Shown here: positions 36,901-51,900 of the stretch, piece after piece
Position numbering within the stretch: the first letter of the stretch is position 1
How the letters are laid out: each line of letters begins with the position of its first letter
NCBI GenBank assembly: GCA_026770705.1
Contig: JANJGN010000189.1
Location: 248,001-312,000 of the forward strand
Reading direction: 5' to 3'
DNA length: 64,000 nucleotides
From: Isurus oxyrinchus
Lineage: Eukaryota
Position numbers and translations under genes: made by a program
Notes under the pieces: generated by a model
Databases searched by the model: none
The model's input: the letters and a program-made list of their open reading frames with translations, nothing else
What the model was told of the DNA's origin: nothing

Positions 36901-39900
36901 ACCACTGGACACCCTCAAAACTTGGGGATTGGCGTAGAGAAACTCTTCAGGTTTGCCGGGGTTCCCAAGTCCAGCATCGCCTCCCACTGCACCTTCAGAG
37001 GGAACCCGGGGAGCTGGGGTCTCCCCCTCGCTAGTTGTGTCTCTGGTTGTGTTCCAGGGCTCAGTAATCAGCACGTTCTGTTTACCCTACAGAGAAATGG
37101 AAACAGGAGACATCCTCACATTATTTACTGGCACTGATAGGGTTAAATTATTTTGCAGCTTCGTTAATGTCAGTCGTGTTTCAGTGGGTTTAACTCTCTC
37201 TCCCATGTCTTATGAAAGAAACCACCTATGGCAGTGCAGTGCTCCCTCAGGACTGACCCTCCAACAGTGCAGCACATCCTCAATAGTGACCCTCTGTCAG
37301 TCTCGCACTCCCTCAGTACTGACCCTCTGTCAGTCTCGCACTCCCTCAGTACTGACCCTCTGTCAGTCTCGCACTCCCTCAGTACTGACCCTCCGACAGC
37401 GCAGCAAAAACCTCAGTACTGACCCTCTGACAGTGCAGCGCTCCCTCAGTACTGACCCTCCGATGGTGCAGCGCTCCCTCAGTACTGACCCTCCGACAGT
37501 GCCGCGCTTCCTCAGTACTGACCCTCCGACAGTGCCGCGCTTCCTCAGTACTGACCCTCCGACGGTGCAACTCTCCCTCAGTACTGACCCTCCGACTGTG
37601 CAGCACTCCCTCAGTACTGACCCGCTGTCAGTCTCACACTCCCTCGGTAATGGCTCTGGTGAGTGACGGCTTGGATTCTTCACTCAAGTTTCTGGTGTGA
37701 AGCTCATTAACATGAACCTTGTAATCAGAGAGAGGATGAGAGAGAGAGAAAGAGAGAGAAAGAAAGGGAGGTTGGGATAGAGAGAGAGACTGGAATTTGA
37801 GAGGTGAAAATGCCTGGAATCTGCTTAAAGACTATGGGTTGTCTTAGAGGAGATTAGTTTGAGAATTTGTTAAAAAGTTATGATAATACTAGTTTGTAGC
37901 CATGTGCATATGTTTAACTTGTGTAAATTAATATATGTCTCATTTAGTTTGATATAAACCCATCTCGAGAACTGGTGGTCTTATTCCTGAATTTAGAGAT
38001 GCATCTCAAACATTCCACTGGGAAATATAGGTTATGACAGTTGTTTAAAGTTTCCCTCTGGGATTTTAAACAACAGCCTTTACCAGTTGCTGTGTCATAA
38101 CAGAGAGACAGCATGATACTGAACCATTGCTGATTCCACAGGTACAAATCAGTGGGTAACTGGGCTGGGAATCTGGGACATGTGTTGTCTACACACTGAC
38201 ATTGAAGCTTTGGAGTGAGTGTAAACAGCTCCTGTACCTGGTGCTTCACAGAGAGTGGACTGGGGGTCAATGCAATGTCACTGGTCCCTGAAACTCTCTC
38301 CTCCATCGCTGTCTTTCTCCTGCAATAACACAATATCACACTGTGGTTATCATATAGCAGAGAGTCAGTGCAGCACAGACACAGAGCCCACTGTAACCTT
38401 ACACCAACGACTGGACTGTCTCTTTAAATCAGTTCTGCACAAAGCACAGAATTAAGAAGCTTGACACTATCCATGACAAAGCAGCCCGATTGATCGACAC
38501 CCCATCCACCACATTAAACATTCACTCCCTCCACCATGAACACACAGTGGCAGCAGTGTGTGTACCATCTACAAAATGCACTGCAGCAACTCAGCAAGGC
38601 TCCTTCAACAGCACCTTCCAAACCCACGACCTCTACCATCTAGAAGGACAAGGGCAGCAGACACATGGGAACACCACCACCTGGAAGTTCCCCTCCAAGT
38701 CACTCACCATCCTGACTTGGAAATATATCATCGTTCCTTCACTGTCGCTGGGTCAAACTCCTGGAACTCCCTCTCTAACAGCACTGTGGGTGTACCTACA
38801 CCACATGGACTGCAGCGGGTCAAGAAGGCATCTCACTACCTCATTCTCAAGGGGCAATTAGGGAATGGGCAATTAGTATTGGCCACGCCAGTGACAGTCA
38901 CATTCGATGAAAGAATTTAAAATCTCACAGCTCAGGAGGAAGCCACTCAGCCCATCGTGCCTGTGCTGGCCCTTTGTAAAAACTGTCCAATTAATCGTAA
39001 ACAAATGTTTATATTAAAATCAAGTTAAATCTTCAGACTTACTTTCTCACACAGATGAAGATGAAGATTCCAGCCAGGAAAACACTCAACATGATCCCAG
39101 TCGTGAACAATCCTACTGTCCATTTACTGGAGTCTCTACCTGTAAAAACAGCCATTAATTACTGCACTACAGGTTTACAATGATGCTCCGATGTATCTCG
39201 AGAAGCGATACACTCACTCAGTGTTTAAATACTCATTCTCGGGCAATGCTGACATTTATTGTCCATCCCTAGTTTCCCCTTGAGAAGGTGGTGGGGGGTC
39301 TTCCTCCTGAACCACTGGTTTGTCCCAAATTGGGAGACCAGTTCAGAGGGCAGGTAAGAGTTAACCATGTTGGTGTTTGAGACTGGAGTCACATATACAC
39401 CCAGACCTGTTAAAATGGACAGGTTTCCCTCACTAAATGTGTAATTATATCTTTAATTTCTATATATATGTATCAACTAACATCACTAAAATAATCATTT
39501 ATCACCTCATCTTCACACTGTTGTTTGTGGGATCTTGCTCTGCACAAATCAGCTGTTGCGTTTCTCAACGTAATCTATGTAACATTTATATATAATATTT
39601 ATCAATGTAATCTATGTAACATTTATATATAATATTTATCAATGTAATCTATGTAACATTTATATATAATATTTATCAATGTAATCTATGAAATGTTTAT
39701 ATATAATATTTTATCGTTTGGGAGGAGAACCTGAGTATTGCTGAGAAAGGACATTTTGTCAAAGCTTTCTGTCTTGCACCCAATGAAGCAGCTTATCTGG
39801 GGGAGAGGGTTCCAGATTTCCACTCCCCTTTGTGTGAAGAAGTGCTTCCTGACATCACCCCCTGAACGGCCTGGCTCCAATTTGACCAAGTGTTGCCATT

Positions 39901-42900
39901 GTCACATGAGGCCAGACGATTCAAAGCTTGGTCAAAGGGGTCAGTTGTAAAGAGCATCTTAGAGGAGGTAGAGAGAGAGGTGGAGAGGTTGAGGGAGGGA
40001 ATTCTCGAGTTTAGGGATCAATCCAGCTGAGTGGAGATCGATCCTGAGCGAGTCTTTCACCTTTGACCCACAGATACATCTTGAACATGGCTTCCCCGTG
40101 TGGGTTTTGAACCGAGCAGGATGCAATCACTCCCCCCTCATCCTGGGGTCTCATCAGGGTGAGGGAACCAGTCACCAGATGCCCATCTCTGACCTGCCAC
40201 GACACAAAACCTCCGTGTGTTTGGTTACCACTGATGTTGGCACTGGGCAGGTGCCAGGTGAGGTCTCCGGGTGGGTTGGAGTTGGCCACACAGATGCAGG
40301 TGACCCCCTCTGACCTCCGAGTGCACTCTGACTGCTGGGAAATCTCCGGCTTATCTGAGGAGGGAAGGACAACAATGAGACAACTTCATAGCAAAGTTAG
40401 AGCGTAAGATAGAATCTTCACACTGAAACACTCATTCCTGCCTTTGTTACCTCCGTACTCGACTATCCCAACACTCTCCTGCCCGACCTCTCATCTTCCA
40501 CTCTCCGGAAACATCAGCTCATCCCAAACTCTGCTGTCCCCATGTCCTAACTCACACCGAGTCCCGTTCAGACATCACTCCCTGTTGGTCACTGAGCTAC
40601 ACTGGCTCCCGGTCCGACAATGCCACAATTTTAAAATTATCATCGTTTCAAATCCCTCCTTACTCCCTCCCTATCTCTGTAACCTCCTCAAGCCCCTACA
40701 ACCCTCCCTATCTCTGTAACCTCCTCCAGACCCTACAACCCTCCCTATCTCTGTAACCTCCTCCAGACCCCACAACCCTCCCTATCTCTGTTACCTCCTC
40801 CAGCATCTACAACCCTCCCTATCTCTGTTACCTCCTCCAGCCCCTATAACCCTCCCTATCTCTGTTACCTCCTCCAGCCATCACAACCCTCCCTATCTCT
40901 GTAACCTCCTCCAGACCCCACAACCCTCCCTATCTCTGTAACCTCCTCCAGCATCTACATCCCTCCGAGGTCTCTGCGTTCCTCCAATTCCGGCCTCTTG
41001 ACCATCCCCCGATTCCTATCGCTCCACCATTGGCAGCCGTGCCTTCAGCTGCCTGGGCCCCGAGCTCTGGAATTCCCACCGTAAACCTCTCCATTTCTAT
41101 CTCTCTCCTCATTTCAGACACTCCTTAAAATCCGGCCTCTTTCTCTGAGCTTTCAGTCCCTGTTCTAATATCTCCTTATGTATCTCGGAGAGGCGCAGGG
41201 TGAAAAAAGCAGGGAGGTGATGCTAGTTATGCTAATCCACAGCAAGGAAGCTGCCCTCAGACAGAAAGTGTTTGAGTTTTAAGCAGAGACAGGGGGAGTA
41301 AAATGCTTACATTGTACGTTCAGGTGGGTGATGTTGGAGGTGCTGTTACCCACTGGGTTCCTCGCTGTGCAGTAGAAACCTGCATCATTCTCCCGTGTTA
41401 CAGGAGTGAAGGAGAGAGTGCGGCTACTTGTGTTTAACTGGGTGCTGGTGTTCCCCTCGATCCTGAACCAGGTGTAATGAGATATCGGTGGGACACTTTC
41501 ACTGGAGCAGGTTAATGTGATATTGCTTCCCTCTCTTATCCCACCTGAGGATCTGCTGATGGACACCATCGTCTCCTGTGGGGGATCTGGAACAAAGACA
41601 GAGAACAATCAGCAGGTAATCCCCACACCCCACAGCTCTCCGAAATCTCTGCGCTCCTCCAATTCCGACCCCTTGCACATTCTCCCATTCCCATCTCTCC
41701 ACCATTGGCGGCCGTGCCTTCAGCTGCCTGGACCCTAACCTCTGGAATTCCCTCCATCATTTCTCACCTCCTTCGGACAAAATCTGACCCCGAGTCACAT
41801 TAGGAGATATTAGGAGAGGTGAGCAAAAGCTCGCTGAAAGCAGGAGGTTTTAACGGTGTGTCTTAATGGTTTTAAGGAGCATCTTAATGGTTGAGAAAGA
41901 GTTGGAGATTGTGTATCTCCCGCGCATCCCCCCTTGCAAATTCCTCTCCCTCCCAGAGCAATGTAAGGGTCCCTCCTGTCTTCACTTTTCACCCCACCAG
42001 CCTCCTCATTCAAAGGATCATTCTCCGCCATTTCCGCCAACTTCAGCATGATGCCACCACCAAACACATCTTCCCTTCACCACATCCGCCCCCCCCTCAC
42101 CCCCCCCCCACGTTGGCATTCCATAGGGATCATTCCCTCCAGGACACCCTGGTCCACTCCTCCATCACCCCTAGCATCTCAACCCTCTCCGATGACATCT
42201 TCCCATGCATTTGCAGAAGGTGCAACACCTGCCACTTTACTTCCTCTCCCCTCACTGTCCAATGACCCAAACACTCCTTCCAGGTGAAGCAGCGCTTCAT
42301 GCAGACTTCCTTCAATATAATCTACTGCATTCACTGCTCCCAGTGTGGTCTCCTCTACATTGGAGACACCAAACACAGACTGGGTGATCGCTCTGATGAA
42401 CACCTTCGGTCTGTCCACAAGCATGACCCAGACCTCCCTGTCGCTTGCCATTTTAACACCCCACCCTGCTCTCATGCCCACATGTCCGTCCTTGGCCTGC
42501 TGCATTGTTCCAGTGAAGCCCAACACAAACTGGAGGAACAGCACCTCATCTTCCGACCTGGCACTTTACAGCCTTCCGGTCTGAATATTGAGTTCAACAA
42601 TTTCAGATCATGAACTCTCTCCTCGATCTTCACTGCTTTTTGAACCCTTTTTTTATGTATTCATTTTAATTGTTTTATTTGTTGACTGTTTTCCACTTAT
42701 TTTTATTATTATTATTTGAAATTCATTTCCATTTTTATTGATTGTTTTATCCACAGATTTTAGTCTATTTTCGATCTTTATTCCCTCCACCGTCCCCTCC
42801 CCCTGCCACACCCCCACGAGGGCCATCTGTCTCTTTCCAGAGTGCTTACCCTGGTCCGCCCATTATCACACTCTGCTTAATGTCACCATTAGCACCTCCT

Positions 42901-45900
42901 TTATCCAATACCACCACTGTTAACAACCCTTTGACCTTTTGTTTATGACATCTTCCACAATCTCTCCATTGCCTCCACCTATCGCTGGTTTTCTATCCAG
43001 CTCCACCTGTCCCATCGCCCCGCCTTAGACAGGATATATTTCACCACATGTCTACTTCCCTTTAGCTCTGAAGAAGAGTCATACAGACTCCAAACGCTAA
43101 CCCTGTCTTTCTCTCCACAGATGCTGCCAGATGGTCAGAATCAGCTGGATGGACAGAAAGACCAATGAGTGGCTTAGATCAAGAGGAGACGTTCAGCAAT
43201 TAAAAGGGTTGTTCAGGACAGTTAGAGAGAGAAAGTTCATCAAGTATGGAGATTGGAAACGAAGATCTGACAGCCTTGTCCTCACAACCATTGAAGGAGA
43301 AACTGAGAGCAAAAACAGAAAGGGAGAGGAAAAATTGGGTGTGTGGATAACGTGGACTGAGCGAGGATTGAAGAAAACTGGATTAAAAACAACACGATCC
43401 CAATGGCTCCATGGAGACCACGGAGACAACAAACAAACAAATGTATCTCCACACTCACATTCCACAGTGATGGTTATGAACCCCTCCACTGCTCCATGTT
43501 CATTCTCTGCCACACACTGATAGTCTCCAGTGTCCCTGGATGTAACGTGAGGAATCACCAACCACAGCTCATTGTTGGAACTTGTTCTGTTCATTGGGAC
43601 ATTAAGATGTCGCCACGTCAGGTTAGAAGCTGGGAAGCTCTCGACAGAGCAGATTATCACTGCAGAATTCCCCTCAATTATATTGATCGATGAAGCGTTA
43701 ATCATATCAAGAGAAGTAATTGATGAGTTCCGTGGTGCATCTAAATACAAATAAAGGTTTCATTGTGAGCAAACACAGTGCACAGCAAGACTCCAGGTAT
43801 CATCTCTCTCCATCTGGTGTCTATGTGCATGTCAAGGCTTCTTTCCCCATTATGATTTTCTATGTCACTATTTGTAACAGACACTGCCAGTGTGTTCCTT
43901 TTTGCATATTCATGGGAAGTGGATGTATCTATCTAGACCAGCATTTATTACCCATCCCTAATTGCCCTTGAGGAGGTGGTGGTGAGTTTTTCACCCCCAC
44001 AGAATTCCCAGCCTCTGACCGGCTCCTGTAGCCACAGTATTTATGGCCGGTCCAGTTAGTTGTTTGGTCAACATCCCCCAGGATGTGGATCGTGGGGGAT
44101 TCAGCGATGTGAAAGTGATTGAACATCAAGGGGAGATGGTTAGATTCTCTCTTGTTGGAGATGATCACAGCCTGGTACTTGTGTGGTGTGAACATTACTT
44201 GTCATTTCTCAGCCCAAGCTGAGTGTTGCTCAGCTCTTGCTGCGTGTGGATATGTAAACTGTCACGCTGTAATTACAGCCTTCCACCAGAGGAGACACTG
44301 TTGGGCTAGAAGAAAAGAAAGTGTCTTTCACATGATCAGGATGTTCACGGAGATTTCACCATGGAGGAATTGCTTTGGAATAGTGGGGTATTGGGTGATA
44401 AACCTACAATTCACTGTTCAGGAGGTTGCTCCATCCAATTCAGTGTCTTGATGATCTGGAGTTTACCTTCCTTCAACACAGAATCAGAGCTGCTACCGAG
44501 ACTCGAGTGCAGCACTGAGACANNNNNNNNNNNNNNNNNNNNNNNNNNNNNNNNNNNNNNNNNNNNNNNNNNNNNNNNNNNNNNNNNNNNNNNNNNNNNN
44601 NNNNNNNNNNNNNNNNNNNNNNNNNNNNNNNNNNNNNNNNNNNNNNNNNNNNNNNNNNNNNNNNNNNNNNNNNNNNNNNNNNNNNNNNNNNNNNNNNNNN
44701 NNNNNNNNNNNNTAACTCACGTTCCACAGTGATGGTTATGAACCCCTCCACTGCTCCATGTTCATTCTCTGCCACACACAGATAGTCTCCAGTGTCCCTG
44801 AATGTAACGTGAGGAATCCCCAACCACAGCTCATTGTTGGAACTTGTTCTGTTCATTGGGACATTAAGATGTTGCCACGTCAGGTTAGAAGCTGGGAAGC
44901 TCTCGACAGAGCAGATTATCACTGCAGAATTCCCCTCAATTATATTGATCGATGAAGCGTTAATCATATCAAGAGAAGTAAATGAGAGATTCTGTGGAGC
45001 ATCTAAGAACAAATCAAGTGTTTAATGTGAGCAAGCACTGTGCACAGCAAGACTCCATGCATCATGTCTCTGTATCTGATGCCTGTGTGCATTTCTAGGC
45101 ACCTTCCCTCAAGATAAGTTCCTATGTCACATTTACAATGGGCACTGCCTATGTAAACTGTCACACTGCAGGAGCATTCTCCCACCAGAGACCCTGCCCA
45201 TCCAGATTTAAAGAAACTCCCTTTCACATCCTCAGGATGTCCCCAAGGGCTTGACAGGCAATGAATTATATTTAATCGATGGAGCACTGAGGGGTAAATC
45301 TACAATTCTCTGTTAAGGATTTTGCTCATCCAATTCAGGGTCTTGTTGATCTGGAGTTTACCTTCCTTCAGCACAGAATCGGAGCTGACACCGAGACTCC
45401 AGTGCAGCACTGANNNNNNNNNNNNNNNNNNNNNNNNNNNNNNNNNNNNNNNNNNNNNNNNNNNNNNNNNNNNNNNNNNNNNNNNNNNNNNNNNNNNNNN
45501 NNNNNNNNNNNNNNNNNNNNNNNNNNNNNNNNNNNNNNNNNNNNNNNNNNNNNNNNNNNNNNNNNNNNNNNNNNNNNNNNNNNNNNNNNNNNNNNNNNNN
45601 NNNNNNNNNNNNNNNNNNNNNNNNNNNNNNNNNNNNNNNNNNNNNNNNNNNNNNNNNNNNNNNNNNNNNNNNNNNNNNNNNNNNNNNNNTGTGTGTTGTC
45701 TGTGTGCGCGTGTGCATGTGNNNNNNNNNNNNNNNNNNNNNNNNNNNNNNNNNNNNNNNNNNNNNNNNNNNNNNNNNNNNNNNNNNNNNNNNNNNNNNNN
45801 NNNNNNNNNNNNNNNNNNNNNNNNNNNNNNNNNNNNNNNNNNNNNNNNNNNNNNNNNNNNNNNNNNNNNNNNNNNNNNNNNNNNNNNNNNNNNNNNNNCA

Positions 45901-48900
45901 TGTGTGTGTGTGTCTGTTGGTGCGTGTGTGGTCTGTGTAACCTGTAAACCTAACCCTTCCACACTGATGGTCACGAACACCCCCCACTGCCAACAAATTT
46001 ATCTCAGTAAGGAACATGGCACTGCCAACCTCGTCAATACCATCTTCTAAACAGGGGATTGGGTAGGAGTCTGGTTTTATTGCTGCATTAACCTTTCTGT
46101 AATCTATGCAGAATCTGGTTGGAAATGAAATACCTGCTCCTTTTTACCTCCCTCCCTACGATGGTATCATTTTAACATATTGATGTGTCACTGCCGATTC
46201 TTTATTCTACAATCTGGGGTGTCTATCAAATAATTTACTTGACCAACCCTCCTAATTACCTTGTGGGGACCACTGAACTGCGCTTTCAGAGGCTCCCCCT
46301 GCCAAGGCAATGATACTAACACGTCATCCCCCTGGTTGTGATGTTCGGGTCACAGCTTGCCTGTCTGCCCCATTCCTTCATCTCTGTTTGAGAAACTATA
46401 AGATGTTCTTGTGCCACTTTGGAGGCTCCCATGAGCCGTTCCTGAAACATGGACACATCATCTGAAATAGAGGATTCATCCCTCTGTCCGGAATATCTTT
46501 CTTTGATGTATTTCAGACAGCCTCTTATCTCGTGTCCATAAGTTATTCCAAAAAGACTAAAACCTGCCGATTCAGTTGGTGAATCTCGTGTGGGAAATGC
46601 AAGAAAATCCAGTCCTTTGTCCCAGTCATGGGGAGTTCATGACAATAGCTTCAATCATTGTTTTGAGGGTTTGTTGGTCCCTCTCTAAAGATCCCCGTGT
46701 CTATGGATGATATGCTGTGGACTTTAACTGTTTTATACCCAAATTACTCATTATGTTCGGAAAATTTTAAGACATAGAGATGGAACCTTGATCTGACTGG
46801 ATCTCCAGCGGTAATCCATAATGGATAAAAAATTGGGTTAACTTCCCTATTACTACTTTAGCTGTAATTGTTCCTAAAGGGATGGCCTCTGGAAATCGAG
46901 TTGTCATATCCATCATAGTGAGGCCATACTGGAGTCCGGCTTTCATTTTCGATAATGGTCTAATACAGTCCACTAATGCTCGTATCCAATGGTAACGGAC
47001 AATTAGCTCACTGGAGGAGGGGAATCCACAAATATCCCCATCCTCAATGAAGGGGGAGCCCAGCACATCAGGGCAAAAGATAAGACTGAAGCATTTGCTA
47101 CAACAATTATCCATTTCTGTCTGGCGTAAAAATAAGTCAGGAAATGGTGCTCAACCAGGGCTTACAAAAGAAATTAGGGATAGTATTAGATCCAGAGAGG
47201 AGACAGAAAATTGCCAGGGGAAGCAGCAATGCTGAGGATTGGGAGCAGTTTAGAATTCAGCAAAAGTGGACAAAAAGATTGATCAAGAAGGGGAAAATGG
47301 AACATGGGAGTAAACTTGCAGGGAACGTAAAAACCGACTGTAAAAGCTTCTATAAATATGTGAAGAGAGAAAGATTAGCAGTGACCGATGTAGGTTCCTT
47401 GCAGTCAGAAATGGGGGAAATTCTAATGAGAAACAAAGAAATGGCAGAAGAACTGAACATATATTTTGGTTCTGTCTTCACAAAAGAGGACACAAATAAT
47501 TTCCCAGGAATGTTAGGGAACCAAGTGTCTAGTGAGAGGGAGGAATTGAAGATAATCAGGATTAGTTTTAAAAAATGGAGCTGGAGAAATTAATGGGTTA
47601 AAGGTTGAACAGTCCCCAGGGCCTGAAAATCTACATCCCAGAGACTAACGGAAGTGACCCTGGAAATATTGGAAGCACTGGTGGTCATCCTCCAAAATTC
47701 TATAGGCTCTGGAGCAGTTCCTATAGATTGGAGGGTGGCAATTGTAACTCCACTATTTAAAATAGAAGGGAGAGAAAAAAACTGGGAATTACAGATCAGT
47801 TAGTCTAACATGGGGAAAACGCTAGAGCCTATTATATAAGGTGTGCTAATGGAACGCTTGGAAAGCTTTAATGGGATTCGACAAAATCAGCATGGGTTAA
47901 TGAAAGGAAAATCATGGTTAACTAATCTATTGGAGATTTTGAAGATGTAACGAGTAGAATAGATAAGGGATAACCAGTGGATGTGGTGTATTTAGATTTC
48001 AAGAAGGCTTTTGATAAGGTCCTACATGAGGCTAGTGCGCAACATTAAAGCCCATGGGATTGCGGGTAATTTACTGGCATGGATTGAGAATTGGTCGATA
48101 GACAGGAAACAGAGGGTCAGAATAAATTAGTCTTTATCTGAGTGGCAGGCGGTGACTAGTGGTATACCACAGGGATCCGTGCTTGGGACCTAACTATTCA
48201 CGATATATATAAATGACTTGGGTGAGGGAGCCAAGTGCAATATTTCCAGGTTTTCTGATGACACAACGCTGGGTAAGGGTGTGAGCTGTGAGGAGGATGC
48301 AAAGAGGCTTCAAGGCGATTTAGACAAGTTGTGTGTGTGGGCAAACACATGGCAGATGATGTGGATGAATGTGACATTGTAGGCTTTGGTGTGAAAAACA
48401 GAAAGGCAGAGTATTATTTAAATGGTGATATAATGGGAAATGTGGATGTATAAAGGGATCTGGGTGTCCTTGTGCACTAGCCAATGAAAGTAAACAGGCA
48501 GGTGCAGCAAGTAATTCGGAAGGCAAATGGTATGTTGTCCTTCATTGCAAGAGGATTTGTGTTCAGGAGTAGGGATGTCTCACTGCAGTTATACAAGGTC
48601 TTGGTGAGACTGCACATGGGGTACTACGTGCCGTTTTGGTCTCCCTCCCTAAAAAAGGATAGACTTGCCGTCGAGAGAGTGCAGAGAAGGTTCTCTAGGC
48701 TGATACCAGGGGCGGCAGGACTGTCGTATGAGGAGAATTGCTACGACTGGGTCTGTATTCACTAGAGTTTAGAAGAATGAGAGGAGACCTGAATAAACGT
48801 AAGAAATTCTAACAGAGATAGACAGACTGGATGGAGGGAGGATGCATCCCCTGGTTGGGGAGTCTAAAACCAAGGGCGACAATCTCAGGATACAGGGCAG

Positions 48901-51900
48901 GCCATTTTGGACGGAGATAGGGAAACATTTCTTCACTCAGAGGGTGGTCAATCTGTGGAATTCTCCATCACAGAGGCTGTGGAGGCCGGGTCACTGAGTG
49001 TATTCAAGAAAGAAACTGATAAATATTTTGATATTAGGGGCATCAAAGGGTACGGAGAGAAAGCAGGAATAAGGCTTTGAGATAGAGGGTCAGCCTTGAT
49101 CATATTGAATGGCGGAGAAGGCTTGAAGGGCTGAATGTCCTAATCCTGCTCCTAGTTTCTATGTACCTAGGTATCTATAGAACTATCTCTCTCCGTGTTC
49201 TATTCTCATGTGACCTTGAGTAACTGATGATAAATACTATCTATTTACATTGTTAATATTAAACTTTTATACTACATCACCCCCAAAATCTTTGACATCA
49301 ATGAAGACAATATTTATATTATCCTATATTGTCTTTTAAGTTCAACCTTGGCCCCCTCTGCCCTATCAGGTAGGCATAAACAATCCCAAGGCTCAATACA
49401 GGAAGAGCTCTCCCTGGTCAATATCACTAATAAAAAAGGACCTGTTTTGTCTTCAACCCAGTGATGTTTGTGGGATCTTGCTCTGCACATTGTAACCTAT
49501 TACAGCTAATATAGAATCAAGGGTTTCAGTACTTACCTTGTACAGTTAATACGAGGGTCCGCTCCGATGAAACAGATGGATATCTCACTCTGCAGCTGAG
49601 AGTGTGTCCGTGGTGTTTGAGTGATGGGATCAGGGTCAGAACAGAAGTATAGGTCAGAGTGACACCATGCTGAGTTACAGTGTTTGAGACTGATCCAGGT
49701 ACGTCAGTGGGAGTGTCCCAGGTTAAGACAGGTGCTGCTGTTCCATTGCACGTTGTGTTGAAGGTGCAGCTTACATCCACACGCTTCCCTGCAATAATTT
49801 CAGCAGGGAATATCATGGGTTTATCTGTGAAATCTAACAGACAGAGAATGGATCCTTTTAGAGAAATATAACGTGAAGCATCAGTTCAAATAGAAATCAC
49901 AGTCCCACAAGAAAAAGCACTTTTACAAGGATGATATCAGAACTGAGAGATTACAACGATCAGGAGAGACTTTCCTATTTTCAGACTTAGTGGAGTTTCA
50001 GTCACTCAGATGAATTCACTTCCACTTTGAGACAATTGAATTGACAATCCCGGGTGAGGGTGGGGGATCAGCTCACAGTTCCTGACACACTGGCTTGTTA
50101 CTTTCTCCGAAATCTGCCAGATTTAAATTCTATCCTGTTCCCAGCAGGAGAGAATCCATTTGAACCAATCACTGAACCGGCATTTAAAGCAGATGATCAG
50201 GTTATTGATCACATTGCTGTTTCTGGGAGCTTCCTGTGCACAAATTGGCTGCTGTGTTTCCCATATTACAACAAGGGCTACATTTCAAGAATTATTTCAA
50301 TGGTTGTGAATCCATTTGCGACGTCCAGAGGTGGTGAAAGGCGCTATAGAAATGCAAATCTTTCTTTTGTTGATATGTAAGAATTTTAAACAGGATTAGG
50401 GAGATTGATGTAAGTGGATAACCTGATAACATTGATGGACACAGTCAATACATTTAATCACTGATATTAAAGTGAGTATTAGAGGTTGTTTTAGGACTGA
50501 ACTGGAAGCTATCACCAGGTTATTGAGAACCAGACAGTGTGTTATAATTAGCTGTGTTTTGTGTTAATATGTAAACGTCACAGTTTGTGTTATTTCCCAT
50601 TGAGTGTTGAATGTGAATTGTTGAGTAATTATAACACAGCACTTACCAGAAACGTGAAGCTGGGTTACAGGGTAATAGTTATGGCCCGGACCATTGTCAA
50701 ATTCTATTCTGAAAATATAAGTTCCTGCATCTTCCCGTCTGATGTTGTTTATAATCAGGGAACAGTCGCCATCTTTCAGGTCTCCAGACAGCCGGGTCCG
50801 ATGGTGGAACCGTGGTAACTCGTGACTGTGATCCTTGGAGTGAAAGGCAATGGGAGCCCAGGGAATCTGTTTCTCATTATTAAACCAGACTCCACCTCGC
50901 GGTTGGTTTTCCGGACACAATGGATAACTGTAATGACATGGAATCTGTACACACGAACCTTCCTGTGCTGTCACCTCTCGTGGACTGTCACCTTTCCACT
51001 CTTGTGAGGGTTTATCTGGGGAGAGAAATCTCAATATTTAACTCTGGATGGTTTGTGGATCCACTAGACTCAAAATTTACAGATGAGGCTGAATTGGGGG
51101 GATGGTCAATACTGAGGAGAATGGCAACAAATTATTTTGGCAGGAAGAATAGAAAAACAGGATATTATTTAAATGGAGACAGGCTGCAGAATGCAGTACA
51201 GAGGGATCTGGGTGTCCTTGTACATGAATCACAGAAAGTCAGCATTCAGGAACACCACGGAATGAGGAAGGCAAGTGGAATGTTGGCCTTTATTGCAAAG
51301 GGATGGGGTATAAAAGGAGGGAAGTCTTGCAGCAGCTGCACAGGGCGTTGGTGAGATTGTATCAGGAGCAGTGTGTACAGTTCTGGTCTCCTTACTTAGG
51401 GAGGGATAGAGTTGCTTTGGAGGCAGTTCAGAGGAGGTTCACTGGGCTGATTCCTGGGATTAAAGGGTTTGTCCTGTGAGGAAATGTTGAGCAGGTTGGG
51501 CCTGTATCCATTGGAGTTTAGAAGAATGAGGGGTGACCTTATTGAAACATATCCGATTCCGAGGGGGCTTGACAGGGTGGATGCTGGGAGGATGTTTCCC
51601 CCTCGTGGGGGAATCTAGAACCAGGGAGCACAGTTTCGGAATGAGGGCTCTCCCATTTAAGACTGAGATGAGGAGGAATTTCCTCTCTCAGAGGGGCGCT
51701 AGCCTGTGGAATTCTCTTCCCCAGAGAGCAGTGGAGGCTGGGCCATTGAATAGACTCAAGGCTGAGTGAGGCAGGTTTTTGATCGACAAGGGAGTCAAGG
51801 GTTTGGGGAACAGGCAGGAAAATGGAGTTAAGGCCACAACCAGATCAGTGAGGGCTGGCTCGAGGGGCCGAATGGCCTGCTCCTGTCCCTATTTCTTATG

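Noticed and set aside
44473-46050. ORFs spanning N runs (also 25787-26851)
   Set aside because: Artefacts of assembly gaps; only the 44721-45002 exon inside them is supported
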